Assembly: GCA_020050355.1 (NCBI GenBank)
Contig: JAGVKT010000117.1
Span: 12,787-76,786 of the forward strand
DNA: 64,000 nt
Origin: Gammaproteobacteria bacterium
Lineage (GTDB): Bacteria > Pseudomonadota > Gammaproteobacteria > Francisellales > CACEW01
Reading direction: 5' to 3'
Shown: in pieces, positions 28,668-37,113 of the stretch
Position numbering within the stretch: position 1 is the first letter of the stretch
How the letters are laid out: the number at the start of each line of letters is the position of its first letter
The notes under the pieces: generated by a model
Seen by the model: the letters and a program-made list of their open reading frames with translations, nothing else
Told to the model about the DNA's origin: nothing
Databases searched by the model: none
Made by a program: the position numbers and the translations under genes

Positions 28668-30083
28668 TCATCCATGAGGATGAGCAACTAGCAGTGGGGT
28701 TGTTTGCGCGTCACCTGCGCCTCGGTGCCAGCGCGTCCACGGTTGGGAATACAAGGACCCTAGGTTCGCTCTAGGAGCGTCAGCGTGAGGAGCTACCTCA
28801 ATGGTAACAGCACCTGTACCAAGACCGCGCTCAATGGTCCAAGCGAGTACTGCAATTCTTCGTCTAGACCAAGCGTGAAAAGCGAAAACTTCAATATATA
28901 CTTTTTGCGCAAAATCAGCATTTTCTCTAAGAAGTGTCTCTGTTCTTGTGGGCCCTGGGGCAATGTCCGCTCTGGCGCCCACTCCGGCACCTGTTCCGGC
29001 ACCCGTTCCGGCGCTCCTAAGTATCATTAGCGCTGTGCGAGGGTCGTTGTTCGTCGATGAAGAAGCTAAAGCGCGTCTTAGGCGTGGGTAAGGGAGATCA
29101 CTATAAGTTCCATAGTATTCGAGAGGCGTTAGTCTCCCTCGCGTCATTGAAGAGATGATCATGGTTAAAGCGAATATCGTTAGCACTACTAGGCGTGTTC
29201 GTTGTGATAAAGCACCCCAGCCACTGGCTTGTAAAGACCATTGTATCTCCTCTGGACGCGGTATAATCTTCTCTAAGTCAGTTGAACCCTTATAGGCGGG
29301 CATGAAGCATTGTGGTGGATAAGAGTGCGCTAAGCATAGAGCTCCGAATTGATAAAAATAACCTGCATCATAACCCAAAGCAATGCTTTCTTGAGGATTT
29401 TTATCTCCTGAAAGCGCAATAAAAGCAGTAATGGCCGCTGCAGCTATTATCAGTCTAGTAATGTGACCGCGTATGGTCCGACCGTAGCGATTGTAAGCAT
29501 CTAAGCTACGCTCGAGCTCTGGAGACCTATCTTCAGGTCTATAAGTGGCAGGGGCAGAAACAGAAAATGATATAAGGGCTATAATAGCAATAAAAGCGAG
29601 AGGTAGGAATAAACATTGCAGAGCCACTCTTACTGAAAGATTAAAGTTAACACTGCTGGGATTTATTTGTGTGCAATAGCTATTGTTAGCTATTGTGAAG
29701 TCGCCGGTTGCGGTATTACGTGCTTGTTCTTGTTCTAGAATAAAATTAGAAGAAATTTCATGTACTATATTAGCGATGGATAGGGAATAGCTAATGATAG
29801 ATGTGATTATGAATATCACTCTTAATGCGGGATTGAATGGGAGTTTTTTCCTAGATAAGATTGCCCTTGTGCTGTATGAGTTTTCCCAATCCATAAGAAT
29901 AGCAGGATTGCGTAAGGTCATTGCGAGTAATGGGCTTTCTGTGCTAATTGCTCGGAAGCGCGCCTTGCTAGCGTTGATTAATGCTCGTACTTGTCTCTGA
30001 TACTCTGTTCCTGGGTATGCTGCCATAAAGTTTTTGGTTGTAATCAATGGCCTGGCTATAGTTGAATTATGATTAGAAGTCAA
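28668..30083 (-). CDS. Orphan multi-TM protein with a GC-rich Gly-Ala/Thr repeat module near the C-terminus (candidate effector)
   Basis: 471-aa ORF with a TTG start at 30083; an alternative ATG lies at 30026. It has at least 4 long hydrophobic segments. The C-terminal ~130 aa (…SAGTGAGTGAGVGARADIAPGPTRTE…) is encoded by locally GC-rich DNA. No family was recognised. Confidence 0.55.
   Translation of the reverse strand: MTSNHNSTIARPLITTKNFMAAYPGTEYQRQVRALINASKARFRAISTESPLLAMTLRNPAILMDWENSYSTRAILSRKKLPFNPALRVIFIITSIISYSLSIANIVHEISSNFILEQEQARNTATGDFTIANNSYCTQINPSSVNFNLSVRVALQCLFLPLAFIAIIALISFSVSAPATYRPEDRSPELERSLDAYNRYGRTIRGHITRLIIAAAAITAFIALSGDKNPQESIALGYDAGYFYQFGALCLAHSYPPQCFMPAYKGSTDLEKIIPRPEEIQWSLQASGWGALSQRTRLVVLTIFALTMIISSMTRGRLTPLEYYGTYSDLPYPRLRRALASSSTNNDPRTALMILRSAGTGAGTGAGVGARADIAPGPTRTETLLRENADFAQKVYIEVFAFHAWSRRRIAVLAWTIERGLGTGAVTIEVAPHADAPRANLGSLYSQPWTRWHRGAGDAQTTPLLVAHPHG
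28984..29015 (-). repeat. 12-nt tandem repeat, about 2.7 copies (encodes GTGA units on the minus strand)
   Basis: Read directly: ccggcacctgtt ccggcacccgtt ccggcgct. Confidence 0.85.
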
Positions 30084-30814
30084 TTATTTGGGGTTTTTTG
30101 CTGTTTTTAATTACATCTGAAAACAAATTCGCAGGGGTTTAAATTTTTTGAAATTTAATTTTGAAAAATAAGCTTTATGTTTTTCTTTTTTTAAAATGTA
30201 AATTTTATAGCGCAATTTTTTCAATTAGATTTTTTATTGAGTATTGAATTTGCTATTCTTCAGCGCAAAAAATTAATTAATAGGAATTTTTTTTTTGATT
30301 TATAATTTTTACTTTTTGAGTTAGAGGTGATAGATCAAATTGAAAATAAATTTTCAGAATAAAAAAATAAATTAAAAAAAATTTTTAATGCATAAATTTT
30401 TTTTGTTTCTTTTTGTGCCTTTAATTTCAATGCTTGTAGCGATTCAATCTAATTTTTTTTATTAAAATTTTTTGCGTAGAATTTTTTTTTGATGAGCGTG
30501 ATGCAGATTTTTTTCATGAAGTAAAATTTTTTGGTGCGTTATAAGCCAGTAAATATAAGCTTTGTAGCTTGTTGTGAAATTCTTTTTAAAAAATTATTAA
30601 CATAATTTTTTTTTTGCGTTAATATGCTTTGTATTAAGAAAAAAATAAGTTAGAATTATTTTCGTTATCGTAGTGACTGAATTATTTCGGTCAAAAAAAA
30701 TTGATAAAAGTTTTTACTGATACGAAATTTTTATTAAAAAGTATCAGTCTGGTTTGAGCAAAGAAAGAATCTTTAATTTTTTGATTCTTACCTTTGTTCG
30801 AAGAGGGCTTGTAG
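30084..30814. other. Long, extremely AT-rich non-coding tract with many homopolymeric T/A runs
   Basis: No credible ORF. Individual 60-nt lines hold only about 8-14 G+C. T10 runs at 30287-30296 and 30606-30615, and a T9 run at 30482-30490. Motifs such as GAATTTTTTTTTGAT, AAATTTTTTG and TTTTGCGT recur. Confidence 0.8.
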
Positions 30815-30871
30815 ATGAGCCCATTAAGTCTGTTGTTCCATCTGTTGGTGTTCCATTTGAAGATGGAGTGA
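30815..30871 (+). CDS. Possible 18-aa leader micro-ORF (MSPLSLLFHLLVFHLKME)
   Basis: ATG at 30815 preceded by AGAGGG 7 nt upstream. It contains the direct repeat TGTTCCAT (30834-30841 and 30849-30856), which encodes LFH/VFH. Speculative. Confidence 0.25.
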   Translation: MSPLSLLFHLLVFHLKME

Positions 30872-30898
30872 CCGTTCCACAAACATAAGGAGATAGAC

Positions 30899-30967
30899 AT
30901 GGTAGCTAAGAAAAAAGCTAAAAAAACAGCTAAGAAAAAAACAAAATCCAAAGCTAAGAAAAAATAG
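30899..30967 (+). CDS. 22-aa Lys/Ala-rich micro-protein (MVAKKKAKKTAKKKTKSKAKKK), histone-H1-tail-like
   Basis: Below the ORF-track size cutoff. A strong SD (AAGGAG, 30887-30892) lies 6 nt before the ATG. The initiation region AGGAGATAGA is repeated exactly before the next gene (30988-30997). TAG stop at 30965-30967. Confidence 0.5.
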   Translation: MVAKKKAKKTAKKKTKSKAKKK

Positions 30968-30996
30968 TTTAAGATTTTGTAATCAACAGGAGATAG

Positions 30997-31980
30997 ATGC
31001 CCGTGGAGCTATTACATGTTCACCAACAGACTATCTCCTGTTATTTAGAAAAGACCCTACCTTCTGAAGGTTATCTCTGGCTTGTTGCCGACCGTTCTGA
31101 AAATATCGACCTTAATTCTTTAATTAATCAATATACTGGTAAAACGCTTAATGAGCGTCATATTGAAGATTTGAAACAACCGAATCATCCTAGTTTTTAT
31201 GAAGGCATGACCGATTATGATCTTATTATTTTTCGTTGTGCTTCTGATCTTAAGGAGAGCGCTAAACGTGTTTTTCCGGTTACGGTATTTATTGTTTTTG
31301 ATAAACTCTTAATTAGTCTTTGTGATAAAAGAGATGATAATTTAGAAAAAATTCGGCAGTTGTTTGCAGATCAAAAGCGCACTGTTCCAGGTACTCCTGA
31401 GACATTGGCAGAATTCTGTTTAGGCTTTTTAGTGGATCGATATCTTGATGTTAAGCAAGGTTTTGATACGCGCTTAAGTGCTTGGCAAAAAAAATTATTA
31501 CAAGTTAAATCAGTAAAAGTAGACTGGGATGCGCTCTTGGCTTTTAAAACAGACGTGCGGCGCATTAAAACTTTATGTGAAGAGCAAGTTGATATTCTTA
31601 ATTCTTGGCGCACCTATATGCGCTTGAACACACACCATGTTGATGCGCGTTTGCAGCAGCAATTGGTTATTAATTTAAATGATGTAGTCGATCATGCAAA
31701 TCGCGCGGTTAAACTTGCAACGCAGTTACAGCAAGAAGTAGAATCTTTAATGCAATTACATTTTACTATTTTGAGCCATCGTACTAATGAGATTATGCGC
31801 GTGTTAGCGGTAGTGACTTGTATTTTTTTACCGCCTAATTTAATTACTGGTATTTTTGGTATGAACTTTACTTCAATTCCGGATCTTTCTAAGCCGCATG
31901 CATTTTATTTTGCAGTATTCTTTATGTTGATCTTCAGTGCTTTGTTGTGGGTAGTCTTCAGATGGCGCAGATGGGTTTAA
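30997..31980 (+). CDS. CorA/ZntB-family divalent metal ion transporter
   Basis: 327 aa with a cytoplasmic N-domain and two C-terminal TM helices carrying the GMN signature (ITGIFGMNF). Confidence 0.85.
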   Translation: MPVELLHVHQQTISCYLEKTLPSEGYLWLVADRSENIDLNSLINQYTGKTLNERHIEDLKQPNHPSFYEGMTDYDLIIFRCASDLKESAKRVFPVTVFIVFDKLLISLCDKRDDNLEKIRQLFADQKRTVPGTPETLAEFCLGFLVDRYLDVKQGFDTRLSAWQKKLLQVKSVKVDWDALLAFKTDVRRIKTLCEEQVDILNSWRTYMRLNTHHVDARLQQQLVINLNDVVDHANRAVKLATQLQQEVESLMQLHFTILSHRTNEIMRVLAVVTCIFLPPNLITGIFGMNFTSIPDLSKPHAFYFAVFFMLIFSALLWVVFRWRRWV

Positions 31981-32155
31981 GTGTTTTCTAAAAGATGAGT
32001 AGCGCTAAAATTCTCTTGTTTATTCCTAAATAAAGTGGATTTTATATTGTGATAGCCGCTTGAGAAGCAAGTATACTTTAATAAAAAAAATATTAGTGAT
32101 TTCTATTTTTGCATGTTAATATCTCAGTACACGAATATAGTATCAGTATGCTGAT

Positions 32156-32590
32156 ATGCTCGAAACAATGATGCGTGGAGAAAGTGGTCAAATCGGTTAC
32201 TTGTTGCGTCAGGCAAATGTAATACATCGCTTCAAAGTTGAAAAGATTTTAGAAAAATTTAAAGTGACTTTACCGCAATATTCGATCCTTTCTTTTTGTG
32301 CGCTTTATCCAGGCTTATCAAATGCCGACCTTGCTCGGGGGACATTTCTTACACCACAGACCCTTAGCGTGATCATCGCCAATTTAGAAGATAAAGACCT
32401 AATTGTAAGATGCCCGCACGAAATTCACGGACGAATTCAACATATTAATCTTACTAAAAAAGGACGTAATTTATTAAAGAAGTGTGATAAGCCTATGCGC
32501 GCATTTCAGAAAAAATTGTTAGTTGGATTTTCTGCCAAAGAAGCAAAAATCATTCGTCGCTGGTTGATGAGCATGGTGGCACAAGACTGA
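32156..32590 (+). CDS. MarR-family transcriptional regulator
   Basis: 144 aa with a winged-HTH MarR pattern (LPQYSILSFCALYPGLSNADLARGTFLTPQTLSVIIANLEDKDLI). Confidence 0.85.
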   Translation: MLETMMRGESGQIGYLLRQANVIHRFKVEKILEKFKVTLPQYSILSFCALYPGLSNADLARGTFLTPQTLSVIIANLEDKDLIVRCPHEIHGRIQHINLTKKGRNLLKKCDKPMRAFQKKLLVGFSAKEAKIIRRWLMSMVAQD

Positions 32591-32592
32591 AC

Positions 32593-32682
32593 TGGCGGAG
32601 AGATAGGGATTTGAACCCTAGTGGCACTTTCGTACCCCACTGATTTCGAGTCAGGGCCGTTTAACCGCTCCGGCATCTCTCC
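32593..32682 (-). tRNA. tRNA-Ser (anticodon CGA)
   Basis: The reverse complement reads GGAGAGATGCCGGAGCGGTTAAACGG...CTCGAAA...GGGTTCAAATCCCTATCTCTCCGCCA. It has a long variable arm, anticodon loop C-T-CGA-A-A, and is close in pattern to E. coli tRNA-Ser(CGA). Confidence 0.9.
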
Positions 32683-32794
32683 ATGAGATGCCAATTGTCC
32701 TAGAAGCACTTCATGCTGTCAACTCAATAAGCTTGCGTTTTTATGGGAGATCAGGCAAGATATTGCCAACTTAAGCTAGGAAGAGTAAGGCCGT

Positions 32795-33013
32795 ATGGCA
32801 AAAGAAGAACAGCTAGAGATGGAAGGCACGGTTTTAGAAACGCTGCCAAATGCGATGTTTCGTGTGCAGTTGGATAATGGGCATATTATCACCGCGCACA
32901 TTTCTGGTAAAATGCGAAAAAATTATATTCGTATTCTCACGGGCGATAAAGTCATGGTAGAAATGACGCCTTATGATTTAACCAAGGGTCGTATCAAATT
33001 TAGAAATAAATAA
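32795..33013 (+). CDS. infA: Translation initiation factor IF-1
   Basis: 72 aa: [28 protein letters not shown]...[27 protein letters not shown]. Confidence 0.97.
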   Translation: MAKEEQLEMEGTVLETLPNAMFRVQLDNGHIITAHISGKMRKNYIRILTGDKVMVEMTPYDLTKGRIKFRNK

Positions 33014-33023
33014 CAAAGCGCGT

Positions 33024-35330
33024 TTATTCTATTTTTATCTTATCTTTTAATATATGTTCTGATTTGCTTTCAATGAGCCTAGGTTCGTAGGCGAATTTTA
33101 ATTTATCATTAACTAAGGTAATCCGTACCGTTCCGCCTTCGCTTAGAGCTCCGAATAGAATTTCATCGGATAAGGGGCGTTTGATTTTATCTTGAATCAA
33201 TCGTGCCATTGGTCGTGCACCCATTTTGACATCATAGCCATTTTTACCTAACCAATCTTTGGCTTCTTCGGTGATTTCTAGCACAATGCCTTTTTCGGTC
33301 AATTGTCCTTGGAGTTGATCCATAAATTTTTCTGTGACTGAACGAATTACATCAGGTTTCAATGTTTCAAATTGAATGATGGCATCTAGACGATTGCGGA
33401 ATTCTGGTGAGAATAAGCGTTTGATGGCTTCGAGCCCTTCGCTATTTGTTTCTTGTTCTAAGAAGCCAATGGTATTGCGGCTTGCCTCGAAAGCTCCAGC
33501 GTTGGTCGTCATAATAATAATAGTATTACGGAAATCTGCTTTACGACCATTGGTGTCTGTTAAGGTTCCGTTGTCCATCACTTGTAATAAAATATTAAAC
33601 AGATCAGGATGTGCTTTTTCTATTTCATCCAAAAGCACAATAGAGTAAGGGTGTTTTAATATTGCATCTGTAAGTAAGCCGCCTTGATCATATCCAACAT
33701 ATCCTGGTGGAGCGCCAATCAAACGTGCTACGGAATGTGACTCCATATATTCAGACATATCAAATCGTAAAAGTTCTACGTGTAATAGTTTTGCAAGTTG
33801 TTGCGTCACTTCGGTTTTACCTACACCGGTTGGACCTGCAAACATAAAGCAGCCCCAAGGTTTGTTTTGTTCACGCAAGCCTGAGCGTGCTAATTTGATA
33901 GCTGAGACTAGGGCTTCGATAGCAGGGTTTTGGCCGAAGACTAACATTTTGAGATTTTGCTCAAGATTTTTGATGGTGTCTTTGTCTGAAATTGAAATGT
34001 TGCGTGCGGGGATGTTGGCAACTTTTGCTACTACTACTTCAATTTCTTGCGCGGTAATTTCTTTGGGTTGTTCTTTTTTTGGTTTTAACTTAATCATGGC
34101 TCCGGCTTCGTCAATCAAGTCGATTGCTTTGTCTGGCAAAAAGCGATCAAGAATATAGCGTGCAGAAAGTTCTGCTGCAGCCTTTAATGCGCCTGTAGAA
34201 TAACGGATTCCGTGATGTTTTTCAAAAGTAGGTTGCAGGCCTTTTAAAATATCAAAAGTTTGTTCAACAGTGGGTTCTTTTACGTCAATTTTTTGGAAGC
34301 GACGCGCCATTGGCGCTTCTTTTTCGAAGATATTGCGATACTCTTTGTAAGTGGTTGCTCCAATGCATCGTAATTCACCGCGTGCGAGTAAGGGTTTTAA
34401 AATGTCAGAAGCGTTCATAGAGCCGGAAGTGCCACCTGCACCCATCAGCATATGTATTTCATCTATGAATAAGATGATTTTGTTATTATTTTTTGCTTCA
34501 TTTAAAATTAATTTTAAACGCTGTTCAAAGTCGCCACGGTAGCGTGTACCAGCGATTAAAGCCGGTAGATCTATCGCGTAAATAGAGGCCCCCTTTAAAT
34601 CTTCGGGTACTTTATTTTGGGTGATGCGCTTTGCTAAGCCTTCGACGATGGCAGTTTTGCCAACGCCGGCTTCACCAACTAATAAAGGATTATTTTTATA
34701 GCGGCGTGCAAGGGTTTGAATTGTTCGTTCGATTTCTTCGTCACGTGCGATGATAGGATCATCGCGCTTTAACATTTTTTGATTGAGATTTTCGCCAAAC
34801 ATATCTAGGGCACTGCGACTACCTTCTTTGACTGCCTTTAAGCTTTCGTCTGCATCTTCTTCATCTTTTTCAAGTTCTAAAAAGGTCTCTGGTGAAGATT
34901 TATCTTTAGAAATGCCGTGAGAGATATAATTAACGATGTCTAATCGTGTGATATTTTGTTGCTTTAAAAAATAAACGGCTTGACTGTCTTGTTCTGAAAA
35001 AATAGCTACAATAAGATTAGCGCCATTTACAGTAGTTTTTCCTATCGATTGCACATGAAATACTGCTCGTTGTAAGACACGTTGTAATGCGAGGGTAGGA
35101 ATAGTGTCTTTACTTGAATCGTGAAGTTTTTGACTACTGGTCTCTAAAAATGTTTTAAGGTTAGCGCGTAATTTTTCAAATTTTGCGCCGCAAGCTCTTA
35201 AAGCTTCATGAGCAGAACGATTATCAAGCAGTGCTAAGAGTAGATGTTCTATAGTTAAGTATTCATGATGCATTTCACGTGCTAGTTGAAAGGCTTTATT
35301 TAAACTTTCTTCGCATTCTTGGTCTAACAT
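33024..35330 (-). CDS. clpA: ATP-dependent Clp protease ATP-binding subunit ClpA
   Basis: 768 aa with two AAA+ modules (GEAGVGKT and GPTGVGKT) and a Clp N-domain. It lies downstream of clpS. Confidence 0.95.
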   Translation of the reverse strand: MLDQECEESLNKAFQLAREMHHEYLTIEHLLLALLDNRSAHEALRACGAKFEKLRANLKTFLETSSQKLHDSSKDTIPTLALQRVLQRAVFHVQSIGKTTVNGANLIVAIFSEQDSQAVYFLKQQNITRLDIVNYISHGISKDKSSPETFLELEKDEEDADESLKAVKEGSRSALDMFGENLNQKMLKRDDPIIARDEEIERTIQTLARRYKNNPLLVGEAGVGKTAIVEGLAKRITQNKVPEDLKGASIYAIDLPALIAGTRYRGDFEQRLKLILNEAKNNNKIILFIDEIHMLMGAGGTSGSMNASDILKPLLARGELRCIGATTYKEYRNIFEKEAPMARRFQKIDVKEPTVEQTFDILKGLQPTFEKHHGIRYSTGALKAAAELSARYILDRFLPDKAIDLIDEAGAMIKLKPKKEQPKEITAQEIEVVVAKVANIPARNISISDKDTIKNLEQNLKMLVFGQNPAIEALVSAIKLARSGLREQNKPWGCFMFAGPTGVGKTEVTQQLAKLLHVELLRFDMSEYMESHSVARLIGAPPGYVGYDQGGLLTDAILKHPYSIVLLDEIEKAHPDLFNILLQVMDNGTLTDTNGRKADFRNTIIIMTTNAGAFEASRNTIGFLEQETNSEGLEAIKRLFSPEFRNRLDAIIQFETLKPDVIRSVTEKFMDQLQGQLTEKGIVLEITEEAKDWLGKNGYDVKMGARPMARLIQDKIKRPLSDEILFGALSEGGTVRITLVNDKLKFAYEPRLIESKSEHILKDKIKIE

Positions 35331-35363
35331 ATTATCGTTCCTGCATTTTTAATGCTTGCTCGT

Positions 35364-35696
35364 TTAGGTAGTGGGCTCAAAAAAACACCGTAGCGGGTGC
35401 CCTTTTTTTTGTCCCATTTTTAATACTTCTGCTACTTTCATTTCAGCAACTTCTCGTGGATACACACCGCAAATACCCTGGCCACAATGGTGAATCTCTA
35501 ACATTAAATTTTGTGCTTTTATGGTGTCCATATTGAATATTTTCACTAAAACTTCTATTACAAAATCCATCGACGTATAATCGTCATTGATCATTACTAC
35601 CTGGTATAAAGGTGGTTGTTTGGGTATAGTCTTTGCTTTTAGTTCAACTTGAGTACGCTCTTTTGTACGCACGCGTTCTTGAACTTGTTCTTTCAT
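35364..35696 (-). CDS. clpS: ClpS adaptor protein
   Basis: 110 aa with the conserved PPLYQVVMINDDYTSMDFV core. Confidence 0.93.
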   Translation of the reverse strand: MKEQVQERVRTKERTQVELKAKTIPKQPPLYQVVMINDDYTSMDFVIEVLVKIFNMDTIKAQNLMLEIHHCGQGICGVYPREVAEMKVAEVLKMGQKKGHPLRCFFEPTT

Positions 35697-35803
35697 ATCG
35701 TTATGCCCTAAATACTAATATTTTACACAAGTGTTGCCTATGAGTGATATTTGATCGTCCTGTGAATAGTATTTATACCTATCCTATTTTAAGCTAGGGT
35801 AGA

Positions 35804-37060
35804 TCACATATGTTTAATTATGGCATCAGCAAATTCTGAGGTAGAAACGAGCTTTGCATTTGTCATTAAACGTTCAAAATCATAGGTCACAGTTTTTGCC
35901 TGAATAGCAGCTTCCATTCCTTTGATAATTAGGTTTGCAGCTTCAATCCAGCCCATATATCTTAACATCATTTCAGCCGATAAAATTAATGATCCTGGAT
36001 TTACTTTATCTTGCCCTGCGTATTTAGGGGCTGTGCCGTGTGTAGCTTCGAAAATTGCATAACCGTTGCCAATGTTTGCTCCTGGAGCGATGCCGATGCC
36101 GCCTACTTGTGCTGCAAGCGCATCTGAAATGTAATCTCCATTTAAATTAAGGGTGGCAATCACGGAGTACTCTTTAGGACGCAATAAGATTTGCTGTAAG
36201 AAAGCATCAGCAATGACGTCTTTTACAATAATATCTTTCCCTGTTTTAGGGTTTTTGAATGTGCACCAAGGGCCATTTTCAATGAGTTTGGCGCTAAATT
36301 CTTCGGTGGCTACTTGATAACCCCAATCTTTAAAAGCACCTTCCGTGAATTTCATGATATTGCCCTTGTGAACTAAGGTTAGCGAAGGCAAGTCATTATC
36401 GATGGTGTATTCAAGTGCCGCGCGTACTAGGCGTTTGCTGCCTTCTTCCGAGACGGGTTTGATGCCAATGCCACAGTTTTTTGAGAAGCGAATTTTTTTG
36501 ACGAGCATTTCTTTTTGTAAAAATTGGATGACTTTTTCTGCTTCGGGACTGCCTGCCTTCCATTCGATACCGGCATAAATATCTTCTGAATTTTCACGAA
36601 AGATTACCATATCTACGTGTTCAGGTTCTTTTACTGGACTCGGCACGCCCTTAAAATAACGTACTGGACGTAAACATACATAGAGATCAAGCTCTTGGCG
36701 TAGTGCTACGTTTAACGAGCGAATTCCACCGCCTACGGGGGTTGTTAGCGGTCCTTTGATGGCGATACGAAATTCTTTTACAGCTTCTAGAGTTTCTTGT
36801 GGGAGCCAGGTGTTCTCTCCATAAATGGTGTTTGCTTTTTCACCGGCATAAATTTCCAGCCAAGAAATTTTTCGTTTACCTGTATAAGCTTTTTCTACAG
36901 CAGCATCAACAACCTTCATCATTGCGGGGCTAATATCAATGCCTGTACCATCGCCTTCGATGAAGGGAATGATCGGGTGATCCGGAACAGAAAGATTTCC
37001 AGCCGTATCGGCAGTAATTCTTTGGCCATGTTGTGGTTTTTTTATTTTTTGCTCAGACAC
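35804..37060 (-). CDS. icd: NADP-dependent isocitrate dehydrogenase
   Basis: 418 aa with strong Icd pattern ([56 protein letters not shown]). Confidence 0.96.
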   Translation of the reverse strand: MSEQKIKKPQHGQRITADTAGNLSVPDHPIIPFIEGDGTGIDISPAMMKVVDAAVEKAYTGKRKISWLEIYAGEKANTIYGENTWLPQETLEAVKEFRIAIKGPLTTPVGGGIRSLNVALRQELDLYVCLRPVRYFKGVPSPVKEPEHVDMVIFRENSEDIYAGIEWKAGSPEAEKVIQFLQKEMLVKKIRFSKNCGIGIKPVSEEGSKRLVRAALEYTIDNDLPSLTLVHKGNIMKFTEGAFKDWGYQVATEEFSAKLIENGPWCTFKNPKTGKDIIVKDVIADAFLQQILLRPKEYSVIATLNLNGDYISDALAAQVGGIGIAPGANIGNGYAIFEATHGTAPKYAGQDKVNPGSLILSAEMMLRYMGWIEAANLIIKGMEAAIQAKTVTYDFERLMTNAKLVSTSEFADAIIKHM

Positions 37061-37113
37061 CTTGAAGCTCCTAATAAAATTAAAAGAGATATTTTATCAT
37101 ACTGCGGCGGCCC

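Noticed and set aside
28785-29030. Shadow ORFs (28785-29030 on the plus strand and 28793-29002 on the minus strand) inside the GC-rich end of the 471-aa ORF.
   Set aside because: GC-rich sequence lacks stop codons in several frames. Both ORFs are fully nested within the long ORF and lack start context.
30100-30700. Recurring short motifs in the AT-rich tract as a CRISPR array or iteron set.
   Set aside because: The repeats are short (8-15 nt), degenerate, irregularly spaced and dominated by homopolymers. There is no repeat-spacer periodicity and there are no cas genes.
30084-30898. The AT-rich tract upstream of the atp region as the chromosomal origin (oriC), by analogy with the E. coli oriC-gidA-gidB-atp arrangement.
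   Set aside because: I scanned both strands for TTATCCACA-like 9-mers and found nothing better than 6/9 matches (for example CGTTCCACA at ~30872). Only one GATC is present. It may still be a DNA-unwinding-prone region, but there is no DnaA-box evidence. The DnaA-box cluster is at 13134-13264 instead.
30691-30951. An 86-aa minus-strand ORF (MDFVFFLAVFLAFFLA...).
   Set aside because: It is a Phe-rich translation of the antisense strand of A-rich DNA. It has no SD and it overlaps the SD-preceded Lys-rich micro-ORF. It is a low-complexity artefact.
32506-32709. A 67-aa minus-strand ORF overlapping the end of marR.
   Set aside because: It is the translation of the tRNA-Ser(CGA) gene and its flanks, not a protein gene.
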